Positions 21,550 to 32,547 are shown, numbered from the stretch's first letter. The stretch is 64,000 nt of DNA from Flavobacteriales bacterium (GCA_023251075.1 JAHEZM010000011.1:23663-87662), one strand, 5' to 3'. Notes: generated by a model not told the origin, from the letters alone. Program-made: numbers and translations.

Positions 21550-24500
21550 TAGGTTCCCTGTTCTATAATACGTTCAATAATTTCATCTGTAGTAAGCCCT
21601 TTCAATGCATCTTCATCTTCCCACAACATTCCGGTTAAATCACGCTTCTTCCCCTTAGAAAAAGAATTTTTCTCATAAGCACCCGATACGCCATAGTAAA
21701 CAGTTCTTGATCCGTCGAATTCATTAATTACTTTAAAAAGATAGAACTCCATTTCTTCATCATTGTAATTGATGGTTTTCTTTTCTAAAAAATTTAATTC
21801 CGATGGCGTGAACTCTTCGTACGAATAACAATAAGAATACAAATCACTTTTAGTGATAGTAATTTCATCGGTCATGAACTTAGGTAAGATAGATGCTTTT
21901 CCAGCTTTCGACATCGCAAAATAAATTTGACTTTGATAAAGCTGATTGGAAAACATTTTGTCTTTAATATCGCTATCGATCATTTTATCTTTCAACAAAA
22001 ACTGAATGATCACTTCTGATGTAAAATAATCATCGTTAAATAATTTTATTGCTTCTCGTAACTGAGTATCGATCTCTTCATTATCCAATTTCAATGCATA
22101 CATTAAAACCACTCCGCTATTCAACCAATAAGGAACGTAAGAGTCAGGATTAGTTTCAAAATCAACTTTAGCATCATTCAAATGTTCTTTAAAAACTTTT
22201 CTGATCACGCTACCTTGCTTTAATACTACTTCTCTTGAAATCCAATTGCTATCCAAAGCATCCTTCAACATAAAATACATCGACTGCATAATGATTTTAT
22301 TATCGAGTAAAGGCAAAAGTTTTGGATATAATTCTCTCACTAAATCGGATGAATCTCTCATTGCCGATAAAATTGAACTCAATGTGAAATCGGCATCGAT
22401 AATAGATGTGTCGCTATACAATGCCACACTCAATTCCTTCATGGATGCAATAGATCGGCAATCGGAATAAAAATTAAGAGCCCTTACTTTGTCTCTTGCC
22501 GATAATTTACTGTACAATTTCTTCATTTTAGGAAGAGTCTTTTCCTGAGGCAAATCTTCAAGAGCAGAAAACAAACTTCCTTTGATAGAAAAATAACTTA
22601 AGGAATCATCTTCATATTGTTTTGGCAGAACAGTAAAGAGGAAATCCACATCACTTTCCTCCCATTTCACCGACTTTAATCCATCATTAATGTCATTTGC
22701 GGAAATATTAGGATTTAAAAGTTGTTCCTTCACCACTACTTTTTTATCGGCAAATAAATTTCCTATAACTTTTGAATTATCGATTGCAAAACTTTCAAAA
22801 AATCCTTTTACTGATTCCCCTTCTTTTTGCTCGGGCACATAATAAACCACCATTGAATAAAGTGTATTTCCTGCCAAAATATGCACTTCTTTTTTTTCAT
22901 TGACAGAGTGAGGCATGTCATAAATATATTCTATTCTATACCCTTCTCCCGCTTTCTTTATGTCACCATAAATTAAACTATCATTTTCCGAAAAAAACAT
23001 TTCTTTGGTATCTTCTATCAACGACGAATCATTCACTTGATGCAATAAAGAATACTCACGAACATTCAATATATATACTGCCGATGATGATTTATCGGCA
23101 CCGTGAATTTCGAGTTCTTTCACTACTCCATTGGATAAATAATCGGTAGTATCGGTTTTATAAATTTTAGGAAAATTAAGTGTAATTATTCCCTCATTAA
23201 AAGGAGTGCTTTTTAATTCTGCTTTATCAAAAGGAATAAATTGAAACGATTGAAGAAACTCATCTACTTCCCCTTTATGCTTTGGTTGATAGGTTGCCAT
23301 AACATTATAAATTCTATTCAATCTACTCACTAACATCAACGAATAACTTACATCTTTTTCTTTGAGTTCCATTGTTCGGGAAACATAACCGTTGAACCTG
23401 CTGTACTCATCTTTCAGCACTTTAACATTACCAAAACCTTGGGAGGCACCATCACCAATCATTTGTAAAAACGCACTATCCTGATCAATGTATTTTCCGT
23501 TGGTATACTCCATCACCTGAACAATATAGTTCACTCCCGATTTCTGATTATTGGCGAGATACAAACGAATATCCAAATCGGCACCCCCCATATCCATTTT
23601 CCTCTCCGTAGGTTTTCCAGGTAGATTTGCAGAAAAAGCATCACGTGAAGAAGAGAAAGAACCCAACTTTTTTTCAATGAGATCTTTCGGTTTGAATGAA
23701 GCAATAAACTGATCAAAATATTTTACCGCATCAGGATGATTTTGATGCCCTAGCATCAAAAGATAAAGCATTTTACCTTTGCGAAAAAGCACAATATTAT
23801 AATCATACGAAAGCATTTGAACATGCGCTTTCAAAGCATCACTTCCATACAATTCAATTTTTTCTTTACTGATCAACTTCCCCTCTTTCTTTTTGATCAT
23901 TTGAGTAAGAAGCATCGAATAAAACTTTTTATTGCTTGTATTTTCAAATTCTGAAGAGGTAAAAACACCATAACTAAAAAACACCATTCCTTTTCCTAAA
24001 TCATAATAGCAATGCATATCTGTTTCGGTGAAAGGAATTTTTATGGGAGAAGATTCACCAGGATATTGAATCTCATATGCTGCCATTTCATCGGTCATTG
24101 ATTTCCAATGTGGTTTTGCTGTTTTAACAGGATACATGCTTGCTTTACCTGTTTTTACAGGCATCACAGGGGTAAGCGTATACCCTAATTTGCGAAGCAA
24201 AGTCACCAATCCTTTATCCCCTGGAAGATGACCACAACCCACCGCAAAAAAACAAGTTGCTTTACTCACAATGGTATCAATACTGTGGGCCATAATTTCA
24301 TTTCTATCATCAAGCAGCACTTTTTTATACTCCTGATCAAAAGATAAACTATCGCTGAAACGCGCATAAATTTTCTTCAAATCATTGCGCTGATAATCAT
24401 CTACCAACGTTGCCCATGAACGTATTTGTTCTATAGCATCTACTTCTAACTGATATTGTTTTTTTACACTGTATTTATAATTCATCAAGCGCCTGGTGCT

Positions 24501-25037
24501 TGCTTCCATCGACTCTAAACCATATATTTTTTTTTCTTCACCTCCCGCTAAATCGTACAAATACAAATCAACAAACACAGGTTTATCTTTTGCCGTTTTT
24601 TTTGCTTCACTCAATAATGAACGAATCAATTCAGGATTTTTGTTTTTGATTTGATTCAAACTTATTCCCGATTCCCTTTGTAATTTTTCATCGATGATAT
24701 TGTACTCATCAATTCCAATTTCATTTTTCAGTTGATCATCGTCGGAATAAAAAGATTTTGAAACATATTTTTCTATAGAACCAAACAACATTTTATTCAT
24801 ACTATCGGGATGCACTTCCATGGCATAAGCATCACAACTGCCAAAAGCCAACAATACAGAATCTGCAAAATCAAATGCGCGCGGATCACGCACATGCATT
24901 GTTCCATACAAGTAAGAAGTTTTAATTCCTTTACCCGATATTTTCCAAAGAAGAGTATTTTCGATGGGGGTGTTTTGAGCTTGAACTAATGCGCTGAAAA
25001 AAACAAGCGACAGTATAGCTATATCTTTAAATTTCAT
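21546..25037 (-). CDS. TraB/GumN (Tiki-like) family protein with a long C-terminal extension
   Basis: LLWKISG..SYLYGTMH, GLES, LLDDRN, FFAVGCGHLPG..G...LLR..GY; 1163 aa. Confidence 0.85.
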   Translation of the reverse strand: MKFKDIAILSLVFFSALVQAQNTPIENTLLWKISGKGIKTSYLYGTMHVRDPRAFDFADSVLLAFGSCDAYAMEVHPDSMNKMLFGSIEKYVSKSFYSDDDQLKNEIGIDEYNIIDEKLQRESGISLNQIKNKNPELIRSLLSEAKKTAKDKPVFVDLYLYDLAGGEEKKIYGLESMEASTRRLMNYKYSVKKQYQLEVDAIEQIRSWATLVDDYQRNDLKKIYARFSDSLSFDQEYKKVLLDDRNEIMAHSIDTIVSKATCFFAVGCGHLPGDKGLVTLLRKLGYTLTPVMPVKTGKASMYPVKTAKPHWKSMTDEMAAYEIQYPGESSPIKIPFTETDMHCYYDLGKGMVFFSYGVFTSSEFENTSNKKFYSMLLTQMIKKKEGKLISKEKIELYGSDALKAHVQMLSYDYNIVLFRKGKMLYLLMLGHQNHPDAVKYFDQFIASFKPKDLIEKKLGSFSSSRDAFSANLPGKPTERKMDMGGADLDIRLYLANNQKSGVNYIVQVMEYTNGKYIDQDSAFLQMIGDGASQGFGNVKVLKDEYSRFNGYVSRTMELKEKDVSYSLMLVSRLNRIYNVMATYQPKHKGEVDEFLQSFQFIPFDKAELKSTPFNEGIITLNFPKIYKTDTTDYLSNGVVKELEIHGADKSSSAVYILNVREYSLLHQVNDSSLIEDTKEMFFSENDSLIYGDIKKAGEGYRIEYIYDMPHSVNEKKEVHILAGNTLYSMVVYYVPEQKEGESVKGFFESFAIDNSKVIGNLFADKKVVVKEQLLNPNISANDINDGLKSVKWEESDVDFLFTVLPKQYEDDSLSYFSIKGSLFSALEDLPQEKTLPKMKKLYSKLSARDKVRALNFYSDCRSIASMKELSVALYSDTSIIDADFTLSSILSAMRDSSDLVRELYPKLLPLLDNKIIMQSMYFMLKDALDSNWISREVVLKQGSVIRKVFKEHLNDAKVDFETNPDSYVPYWLNSGVVLMYALKLDNEEIDTQLREAIKLFNDDYFTSEVIIQFLLKDKMIDSDIKDKMFSNQLYQSQIYFAMSKAGKASILPKFMTDEITITKSDLYSYCYSYEEFTPSELNFLEKKTINYNDEEMEFYLFKVINEFDGSRTVYYGVSGAYEKNSFSKGKKRDLTGMLWEDEDALKGLTTDEIIERIIEQGTY

Positions 25038-25048
25038 TGAACGAAATA

Positions 25049-25546
25049 TTATTTATCTGTAAAGTATTTATGAAAATCGTCAGCCGGCATTACTATGTCG
25101 ATAGATTTAGGATCTTGCTTTCCATCGAATAAATAAATTCCCCAAATTAATTCCCCCGAATACAAATCGATAATTTTTCTTTCTCCATTATTTTTTGTGA
25201 AAACTAAAATGCGTTGGTCGCTGTCTTTGGTAGTAACTTTCATGCTATCCATGAAATGGCGCGACTCTGCTAAGTAAAACTGACTATCATCGGCAACGGT
25301 ATAAAAATCATCTTCATAGGTGCTTTGTTTTTTTAACTCTTCTATTTTCAAACTATCGGGCCAGAAAAAAAGTGCCGATTTTCCTTGAATAAAAACAGAA
25401 TCTCCGAACTCCTTAAATTGAGTGGGAAGTTCTTTTATTTCTATTGGAGGAATGATGGCCTGAGTTTCAGGAATTGGCTTATCTTCTTGTGGCTGAACAC
25501 AAGAAAAAAGAAAAAAGAAAACACTGAAATTGAATATATTTTTCAT
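25049..25546 (-). CDS. Lipoprotein, hypothetical
   Basis: ATG 25546 gives MKNIFNFSVFFFLFSC (lipobox). Confidence 0.7.
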   Translation of the reverse strand: MKNIFNFSVFFFLFSCVQPQEDKPIPETQAIIPPIEIKELPTQFKEFGDSVFIQGKSALFFWPDSLKIEELKKQSTYEDDFYTVADDSQFYLAESRHFMDSMKVTTKDSDQRILVFTKNNGERKIIDLYSGELIWGIYLFDGKQDPKSIDIVMPADDFHKYFTDK

Positions 25547-25566
25547 TCGAAAATGAAGTGGATTAA

Positions 25567-26199
25567 TTAGGCATTTAACCAATTAGGTTTCAGCTCATCC
25601 ATAAATCCATAGCTCTCATCATCCACTCTGAATTCATTTTTAGTAACATGCCCCAATAATGTATGCGGAACTTTTGAATCGTCTAATACTTCCAAAAATT
25701 TATCATGATCAGTATCTTTAATAGAAACTACAATTCTGGATTTCGCTTCACCAAACAAATAGGCATCTCTACGAAATTCAATAGGCAGAGTAATATCGAA
25801 ACCCAATTCTTTAGGAGCTCCTGATTCAAACAAAGCAAAGAACAAACCACCAACGCCCACCTCATGCGCCGATTGCAAAATACCTACTTCGCTTAATCTC
25901 TTAATTTCAGCACGCATTTCTTGATCTTGCTGCGCATTAAAATAAGGTGCTCCTGAATCTTGAATATCATGAATATTGGATAAATAAAGAGACGACGCTA
26001 TATCATCCACTGAAGTACCAATTAAAAAAATTAAATCACTTTTTTGTTGAAAAGCAGCCGATGGTTTTTTTCCATTTCCCTTTAAAATAGAATTTGTTCT
26101 TTCTGTGAGTTCGGGTAAAACTATCATTTGATCTACAACATCCACTAAGTTTAATGGCTCTGCAATGGTTTCGATATTAAAAATTTTCATGTTGCTCAT
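25567..26199 (-). CDS. Stand-alone AIR synthase-related C-terminal domain protein (PurL C-terminus-like)
   Basis: SAHEVGVGGL, YLFGEAKSRIVVS and LLGHVT match the PurL/AIRS_C region; only 210 aa. Confidence 0.75.
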   Translation of the reverse strand: MSNMKIFNIETIAEPLNLVDVVDQMIVLPELTERTNSILKGNGKKPSAAFQQKSDLIFLIGTSVDDIASSLYLSNIHDIQDSGAPYFNAQQDQEMRAEIKRLSEVGILQSAHEVGVGGLFFALFESGAPKELGFDITLPIEFRRDAYLFGEAKSRIVVSIKDTDHDKFLEVLDDSKVPHTLLGHVTKNEFRVDDESYGFMDELKPNWLNA

Positions 26200-26301
26200 A
26201 GTAGTTTGACTTTACTAACATTATATCTTGGTAAAATTCCAGTTTAAAACAAAAATAACTATTCTAAGTTATTACTTTAGCGAAATATACAAATAAAAGT
26301 T

Positions 26302-27771
26302 ATGGCAAATTTGTGGATAAAAAAAAGCATCAGTTCTCTTTTAAAAGAAGCTGATGATAAAGAGAAAGGATTAAAACCTACTCTAAGTGCAACAGCATTG
26401 GTAATGTTAGGTATTGGAGCGATAATAGGAGCAGGATTATTCTCTATTACCGGACAGGTTGTTGCTGAAAACACAGGTCCCGCTGTTACTTATTCTTTCA
26501 TCATCGCTGGTTTAGGTTGTGCTTTTGCCGGTTTGTGTTATGCTGAATTTGCCTCTATGATTCCAGTTGCTGGAAGTGCCTATACCTATTCCTATACGAC
26601 TTTCGGGGAATTCATTGCTTGGATAATTGGCTGGGATTTAATTTTAGAATACTCTGTTGCTGCTGCTGTGGTGGCAATAAGTTGGACTGGTTATTTGAAT
26701 AAGATGCTGGCATTTTACGACATTCATTTACCCGTAAGTTTAACCACTTCGGTGTTTGATGAAGCAGAGGGAGGAATCATCAATTTACCTGCAGTGCTAA
26801 TTGTCACCATGATGTCGTTGTTGCTCATGAAAGGAACAAAAGAATCGGCTTGGGTAAACGGAATCATTGTATCGTTAAAAGTTGCGGTAGTTCTTGCTTT
26901 TATTTTGTTAGGTTGGGGATATATTAATTACGACAATTATACTCCTTATCTACCTGAAAATACAGGTGTTTTTGGTGACTTTGGTTGGAGCGGTGTAATG
27001 GCGGGTGCCGCTATCGTATTCTTTGCATATATCGGTTTCGATGCTGTTTCAACCGCCGCACAAGAAGCAAAAAATCCTAAACGAGATATGCCTATTGGCA
27101 TTCTAGTTTCCTTAGCCATCTGTACTGTTTTATATATTCTTTTTGCACATGTAATGACGGGATTGGCTAACTACAAAGAATTTGGTGAAGGGACAGATCG
27201 ACTGGCTCCCGTTGCTACCGCAATTTCCCACACTCCGTACCTATGGATTCAAAAAGCAATTATTCTGGCTATTCTTGCAGGATATGGTTCTGTAATTCTG
27301 GTTTCATTGATGGGACAATCGAGAGTTTTCTTTTCTATGTCGAAAGACGGTTTGCTTCCTCCGGTGTTTTCTCAATTGCATCCTAAGTTTGGTACTCCTG
27401 CAAAATCAAATTTAATTCTCTTGGCTTTAGTTAGTCTTTTTGCTGCCTTTGTACCAAAAGATATCGTTGGAGAAATGGCAAGTATTGGAACCCTGTTCGC
27501 GTTTGTTCTGGTTTGTATTGGGGTATTAATCATGCGCTATGGAAAGAAATTTAAAAATCACAATACTGTTGATGGAGTTCAAACTGTAACCAATGGATTT
27601 AAAACACCATGGGTTCCTGTAGTTCCTGTTTTAGGAATTATTTTCTGCTTAGGAATGATGGTTTCCTTAGGATGGGAAACCTGGGTAAGACTTTTTGTTT
27701 GGTTGGGGATTGGTTTTATTATCTACTTTTTTTACGGAATAAAGAAAAGTAAACTGAATAACCCCAAATAA
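26302..27771 (+). CDS. APC-family amino acid permease (cationic amino acid transporter-like)
   Basis: GIGAIIGAG, LCYAEFASMIPVAGSAY, FFAYIGFDAVSTAAQEAKNP. Confidence 0.93.
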   Translation: MANLWIKKSISSLLKEADDKEKGLKPTLSATALVMLGIGAIIGAGLFSITGQVVAENTGPAVTYSFIIAGLGCAFAGLCYAEFASMIPVAGSAYTYSYTTFGEFIAWIIGWDLILEYSVAAAVVAISWTGYLNKMLAFYDIHLPVSLTTSVFDEAEGGIINLPAVLIVTMMSLLLMKGTKESAWVNGIIVSLKVAVVLAFILLGWGYINYDNYTPYLPENTGVFGDFGWSGVMAGAAIVFFAYIGFDAVSTAAQEAKNPKRDMPIGILVSLAICTVLYILFAHVMTGLANYKEFGEGTDRLAPVATAISHTPYLWIQKAIILAILAGYGSVILVSLMGQSRVFFSMSKDGLLPPVFSQLHPKFGTPAKSNLILLALVSLFAAFVPKDIVGEMASIGTLFAFVLVCIGVLIMRYGKKFKNHNTVDGVQTVTNGFKTPWVPVVPVLGIIFCLGMMVSLGWETWVRLFVWLGIGFIIYFFYGIKKSKLNNPK

Positions 27772-27815
27772 AACAAAAAACCTCCCGAAATTTCGGGAGG
27801 TTTTTTGTTTTATTT
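27766..27815. terminator. Bidirectional terminator forming a perfect 50-bp palindrome
   Basis: aaataaaacaaaaaacctcccgaaa|tttcgggaggttttttgttttattt. Confidence 0.88.
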
Positions 27816-28299
27816 ACAAATGATTTTTCGGACAATCGAAAAAAACCAAACGCGCAGAATTATCAATTACTTCTGTCCATTTTGATGCTTCCGTCCATAA
27901 CAACGCTGCAACACCACAAGTAGGCATATTGAATATTTTATTAGCACTCAAAGCACCAATAATATTGGTTAATGCTGGATTGTGTCCTACAATTACAACA
28001 GTATTTAATTTATTGTCGAGCTTAACAATAAATCTTATCAGTTCATTGTATTCAAAAGTGTACAAGTCTTCTTTGAATTCAATTGTATATTTTCCATCGC
28101 TTATAATTTCAATGGTTTGTTTTGCTCTCTTCGCCGTACTCGAAAAAATTGCGTCTGCTTCTTTCAATTGTGATTTTAAAATTTTATTCATTAAAGCGGC
28201 AGCATCCTCTCCTCTATGATTCAATATTCTATCATGATCTTTGGTAGAAGGATCATCCCAACTGGATTTTGCGTGACGAATAAAAATTATTTTTTTCAT
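27814..28299 (-). CDS. SixA-like histidine phosphatase
   Basis: RHAKSSW, SSTAKRA and VGHNP motifs. Confidence 0.88.
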   Translation of the reverse strand: MKKIIFIRHAKSSWDDPSTKDHDRILNHRGEDAAALMNKILKSQLKEADAIFSSTAKRAKQTIEIISDGKYTIEFKEDLYTFEYNELIRFIVKLDNKLNTVVIVGHNPALTNIIGALSANKIFNMPTCGVAALLWTEASKWTEVIDNSARLVFFDCPKNHL

Positions 28300-29414
28300 T
28301 ACAAAGTTTTTGAAAAATCAACTACTCTTTGGGCCAATTTTTCCCATGATCTCTCTGCTTTTGTTAAAGCGATTTGTTTTTGAAAACTTTCTTTCAAATT
28401 GTTTTTGAAATACTGTTCTATAGCATTCCAAAATAATAAAGCATCTGGTTTTTCTACTACCATTCCTGTTTTACCATTTTCTACTTCCTCTGGCAAACCA
28501 CCTACATTGGTAACAATCATAGGCGTTTCAAAATGCATAGCAATAGATGCAATTCCACTTTGCGTTGCACTTTTATAAGATAAAGCGGCAACATCAGCGG
28601 CAGAAAAAAGAGTTGCTACTTCATGGTCATCAATGTAACGAACTATATCAATAATATTTTTTCCTTGCTTTTTTAATTCATCCACTGCGGGTTGATATTT
28701 TGAAAAATCTTCATAAGGTTCACCCGCAATTAGCAATGTATATTCCGAACCCGCATTCTTAAATGCCTCCAACAAAATATCCAATCCTTTGTAAGCTCTG
28801 ATAAAACCAAAAAATAAAATCACTTTTTGGTTTATAGGAATATTCAATTTTTTTTTAGCTTCTTCGGGATTTAATTTATCTCCAAAATGATTGTAAAATG
28901 GATGTGCGTGTAAAATATACTTGGCATCGGGTTTCAAGCTCAATAAATCATTTTTTACTGAATCGCTCATCACTACAAAACCATCGCAACGATTCAAAAA
29001 ATATTTAGAAAGTGGTACATCATAAAAGTGTTTTTCATGGGGAATAGCATTGTCGATGATCACAATTTTTTTTGCTTTTACTCTAGCGCAAACGGTACCT
29101 AAAGAAGGAGCAAAATAAGGCATCCAATATTTCATCAATAAAATATCTGCACCAAACTCATTAATTTTTTTTGCTGTGCTGAAATAAGTAAACGGATTTG
29201 CACTATCTAAAGTTTGTATTGCATCAATCTTATAGGCATTATCTTTCTCTTGTACCATTTGAGTTTTTCCAGGAAAAAGAAATTCAGGATATTGTCGGGA
29301 AAAAGTAAAAGCCTTCATTTGATTTTCTTTTTCTAATGCGCGAAAAAGAGAAGCATTAAACTGAGCGATACCACCACGAAAAGGATAGAAAGTACTTAAA
29401 TACGCAATCTTCAT
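28299..29414 (-). CDS. GT4 glycosyltransferase
   Basis: PFRGGIAQF, FFGFIRAYKGLD, SATQSGI, TNVGGL. Confidence 0.9.
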   Translation of the reverse strand: MKIAYLSTFYPFRGGIAQFNASLFRALEKENQMKAFTFSRQYPEFLFPGKTQMVQEKDNAYKIDAIQTLDSANPFTYFSTAKKINEFGADILLMKYWMPYFAPSLGTVCARVKAKKIVIIDNAIPHEKHFYDVPLSKYFLNRCDGFVVMSDSVKNDLLSLKPDAKYILHAHPFYNHFGDKLNPEEAKKKLNIPINQKVILFFGFIRAYKGLDILLEAFKNAGSEYTLLIAGEPYEDFSKYQPAVDELKKQGKNIIDIVRYIDDHEVATLFSAADVAALSYKSATQSGIASIAMHFETPMIVTNVGGLPEEVENGKTGMVVEKPDALLFWNAIEQYFKNNLKESFQKQIALTKAERSWEKLAQRVVDFSKTL

Positions 29415-29453
29415 GGGCTAAAGGTAATGTGAAAAGTTTAGTTGGAAAAGAAA

Positions 29454-31871
29454 TTATCGAATGATAGTAACAGTACCTAAGACCTGAATTTTTTCTCGAT
29501 AAGTTCCTGCAGAAGGTTTACTATAAGTGTACATCGTTACATAAACCCCAATAGGTTGAAGGTCTCCGTTTTTTGTTTTACCATCCCACACCACTTCTCT
29601 ACCATTGCCTGTACCGTGGAATAATTCTTGTCCCCAACGATCAAAAATGTAAAAATTAAAATCTTCAATAGCCCATGAGTAATACACTCGATATTCCTCA
29701 TTCAAGTCATCACCATTTGTGGTAAACGCATTAGGTGCGTACACAAAATATTCAGGTTTTACATAAACGGTTTTTTCTAAAGTATCTTTACATCCATTGG
29801 CAGCGGTAACATATTGTATCACCTTATTGTATCCTGTAGTTGGTATGTCGTAAGTAAAATCATTGGTTCTAGGTTCGTAAACCAAATCTCCTTTTTCACT
29901 ATATATCCTTAAGAAAGTTGTATCGGCATCAATAGGATTACTTACTACATTAACAGTAGGATACAACATATCTACCTCCGATGGATCAACAGTGAAATCT
30001 GCTACTGGTTTAGGCATGATTGTAATGTGACTTAAAGCATCATCTTTATCGGAACACATCCCGTAATTCGTTATTTTCAGGAATACATCGTAGGTTCCCG
30101 CAGTAGCAAAAGTAAGAATACCATCTTTTCCAAATACTGTTTGTCCGTTGCTGGTTGACCATTCCCAAACGCTGGAATCACTTGCCGCTACAGAAGTATT
30201 TTTCGGATTCACTTTAAACACCGGGCATTCAGAATATGGGGCAGGATCAATAATCGCATCAGGCATTGGAATTACAGTTACCACAGCCGTATCTTTTGCC
30301 TTACACATCCCATTATCACTTTCCACCACATAAGGAGTTACTAATTTTGTGCTTCCGTTATTGGTTAAATTAATGGTGGTTTGTAAAGAATTAGGATTAC
30401 TTAATGAGGTGGCAGGAGTCCATGAATAAGTATAGCCGGCCGTTGTAGCTCCACCCAAATTAGCTGACAAACCACTGCAATATCTTTGATCAGGACCAGC
30501 ATCAGGTTTTTTGTTGTTGACTACTGCCCTCACTTTACCTTGCAGCGGACCTTGATGACAATGATCATCTACAGTATAAAAATAATCTGTAGTATTCCAA
30601 CCCGGATTCACCGCTAAACTATTGTTATTACTACCATCTAAAGCCCAGGTAATCACTGTCATTGCTCCACCTGAATATTTTGAATTTACTACTATCGGTC
30701 CACCACAATAAATAGTATCATAATTTGTAACTACCAATGGGTTTAAATCTCTTATAAAATAACGAACGGTATCAAGCAAACAAGCCGATTTTTGAAAAAT
30801 AAGATCCACATATTGATTGTCATCAGGAATATGATCATTAATGGGCGTTATAATAATTCGTCCTTTTCCATTGGCCGGATTAATAGCAACCGAATCATCA
30901 ATCAAAACATAATCCACTCCATTGGTAGCTGTTCCTGCTACAAGCACTGGAAATTTACCTATGTTATAAAGATTGGTAGTCATTTGTAAATTTACAATAG
31001 CACTATCACAACCTTCATATAACTGAGGATTAGTAGCTACTTCATGTCGATTGTAAAAATTAGAAAAGAAACTACCCGCCTCTATAAAAACCCCTGAATC
31101 GTAAGCAGCATCCTGAACATCTGACACTGCTAATTTAATATGATAGGTTTGTCCGGGTATAACAACATGCCTTGCTATTAATGGTTTTGTGAAACCATCA
31201 AACTGATTTACAAAACCATTACTGTATTGAGAAGTTCCGGAAGCTCCGGTACCATTATCTACATAGGAACCGGAATTCACATTTTTATTGATTGAGTTTA
31301 CCGATACAACTGTATTGGTATTGGGAACTATCGCTAAATTAACCGCATTGTTGGTATAAGGCCCCGAAATTCCTGGCCCACTTAAGAAGAAACCAAAAAC
31401 ATCATTGAACTGAGAGTTCACCCATTCCAAATATTCTTCAGAAGCAAAAACATACTTAATGGCTACAGAGTCGGTAATAGGAACAAAATCAAATTCCAAA
31501 ACCGCTGCATCTTTGGTAACATAAGGCGGACACAAAGCATTCAAATCAACATCTCCCGGAACACTGTAATTAACTCCTTGCCCCCCTGCATCATTATTGG
31601 GGCCAATAGCATCGGTTGCCTTACCACTGCTTAGTAACAAACCATCTTTCAAACCTACATTCGAGTTGGTGCTATTGAAATACGCTTTCATCTCAGAATT
31701 TCCTTTGAAAGTAACATTCGAAACTTTGATTTTATTACAACCCAAAAGCTTCTGTACCAAAAGATTAATATTCTGATTAGGATCCACTACCAACTGCGAA
31801 AAACCCGAATTACTTATGAAAAGCAACAGGAATAAAACGCTAAAATTGATATGTAAACGACTAAATTTCAA
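29454..31871 (-). CDS. Choice-of-anchor L domain protein with PKD-like module and T9SS type B (gliding motility-associated) C-terminal domain
   Basis: LEFDFVP, YVFASEEY, FNDVFGFF, YDSGVF; C-terminal PNAFT.NGD.LN, IFDRWG, WDG, G.Y, VTIIR. Confidence 0.88.
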   Translation of the reverse strand: MKFSRLHINFSVLFLLLFISNSGFSQLVVDPNQNINLLVQKLLGCNKIKVSNVTFKGNSEMKAYFNSTNSNVGLKDGLLLSSGKATDAIGPNNDAGGQGVNYSVPGDVDLNALCPPYVTKDAAVLEFDFVPITDSVAIKYVFASEEYLEWVNSQFNDVFGFFLSGPGISGPYTNNAVNLAIVPNTNTVVSVNSINKNVNSGSYVDNGTGASGTSQYSNGFVNQFDGFTKPLIARHVVIPGQTYHIKLAVSDVQDAAYDSGVFIEAGSFFSNFYNRHEVATNPQLYEGCDSAIVNLQMTTNLYNIGKFPVLVAGTATNGVDYVLIDDSVAINPANGKGRIIITPINDHIPDDNQYVDLIFQKSACLLDTVRYFIRDLNPLVVTNYDTIYCGGPIVVNSKYSGGAMTVITWALDGSNNNSLAVNPGWNTTDYFYTVDDHCHQGPLQGKVRAVVNNKKPDAGPDQRYCSGLSANLGGATTAGYTYSWTPATSLSNPNSLQTTINLTNNGSTKLVTPYVVESDNGMCKAKDTAVVTVIPMPDAIIDPAPYSECPVFKVNPKNTSVAASDSSVWEWSTSNGQTVFGKDGILTFATAGTYDVFLKITNYGMCSDKDDALSHITIMPKPVADFTVDPSEVDMLYPTVNVVSNPIDADTTFLRIYSEKGDLVYEPRTNDFTYDIPTTGYNKVIQYVTAANGCKDTLEKTVYVKPEYFVYAPNAFTTNGDDLNEEYRVYYSWAIEDFNFYIFDRWGQELFHGTGNGREVVWDGKTKNGDLQPIGVYVTMYTYSKPSAGTYREKIQVLGTVTIIR

Positions 31872-31983
31872 AAGATAATTTGTTTCTTGTAAGACCTTTA
31901 AACTCGATGAAAGTTACAGTTTAAACTGCTTTGTTCAAAGTTTGATTAAAACAGCTATAGTTCCTTTATCAACAATCGGGCCC

Positions 31984-32547
31984 TTATTCTATCTTTAAAC
32001 GAATAATTTTATAAAAAAGAAACGCTAGACTCGTTCCTAAAATTGCACCCCCTAAAACATCCAAAGGGTAATGTACTCCTAAATAGACCCTACTAATACT
32101 TATAACAAAGGCCCACAGAAGACCTCCTGCTATCCACCACTTGCTTTTTTTATAGAATAATAGTCCCACAAAAACAGCTATCGCAAATGAATTTGCAGCA
32201 TGAGAAGACACAAAACCATATTCACTGCAAGTGGCGCAAGGTAACTGGCGCACCTCAAACTCCAACATTGCTTCTTTTCTGCACGGACGATAACGTTCCA
32301 CTTGTTTCTTAAACACACGGTAAGAAATCAAATCAGTGGTAGCCACCAAAATCCCAACACTCAATAAAATGATCCACGATTTTTTTCGGAAAACATAAAT
32401 AATCACCCCCACCACTATGGTATAAAGAGCAAGCCACGACCAACGCTGACTAACAAAACACATAACAGCATCAAGTGTTTCATTAGCAAAATTATGGTTA
32501 ATGAAATGAAAAAGATCTTTATCCCATTGAATAATGGTTTCCATCAT
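31984..32547 (-). CDS. PAP2-family phosphatase
   Basis: K...R.RP, FVSSHAA and [12 protein letters not shown] motifs. Confidence 0.92.
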   Translation of the reverse strand: MMETIIQWDKDLFHFINHNFANETLDAVMCFVSQRWSWLALYTIVVGVIIYVFRKKSWIILLSVGILVATTDLISYRVFKKQVERYRPCRKEAMLEFEVRQLPCATCSEYGFVSSHAANSFAIAVFVGLLFYKKSKWWIAGGLLWAFVISISRVYLGVHYPLDVLGGAILGTSLAFLFYKIIRLKIE

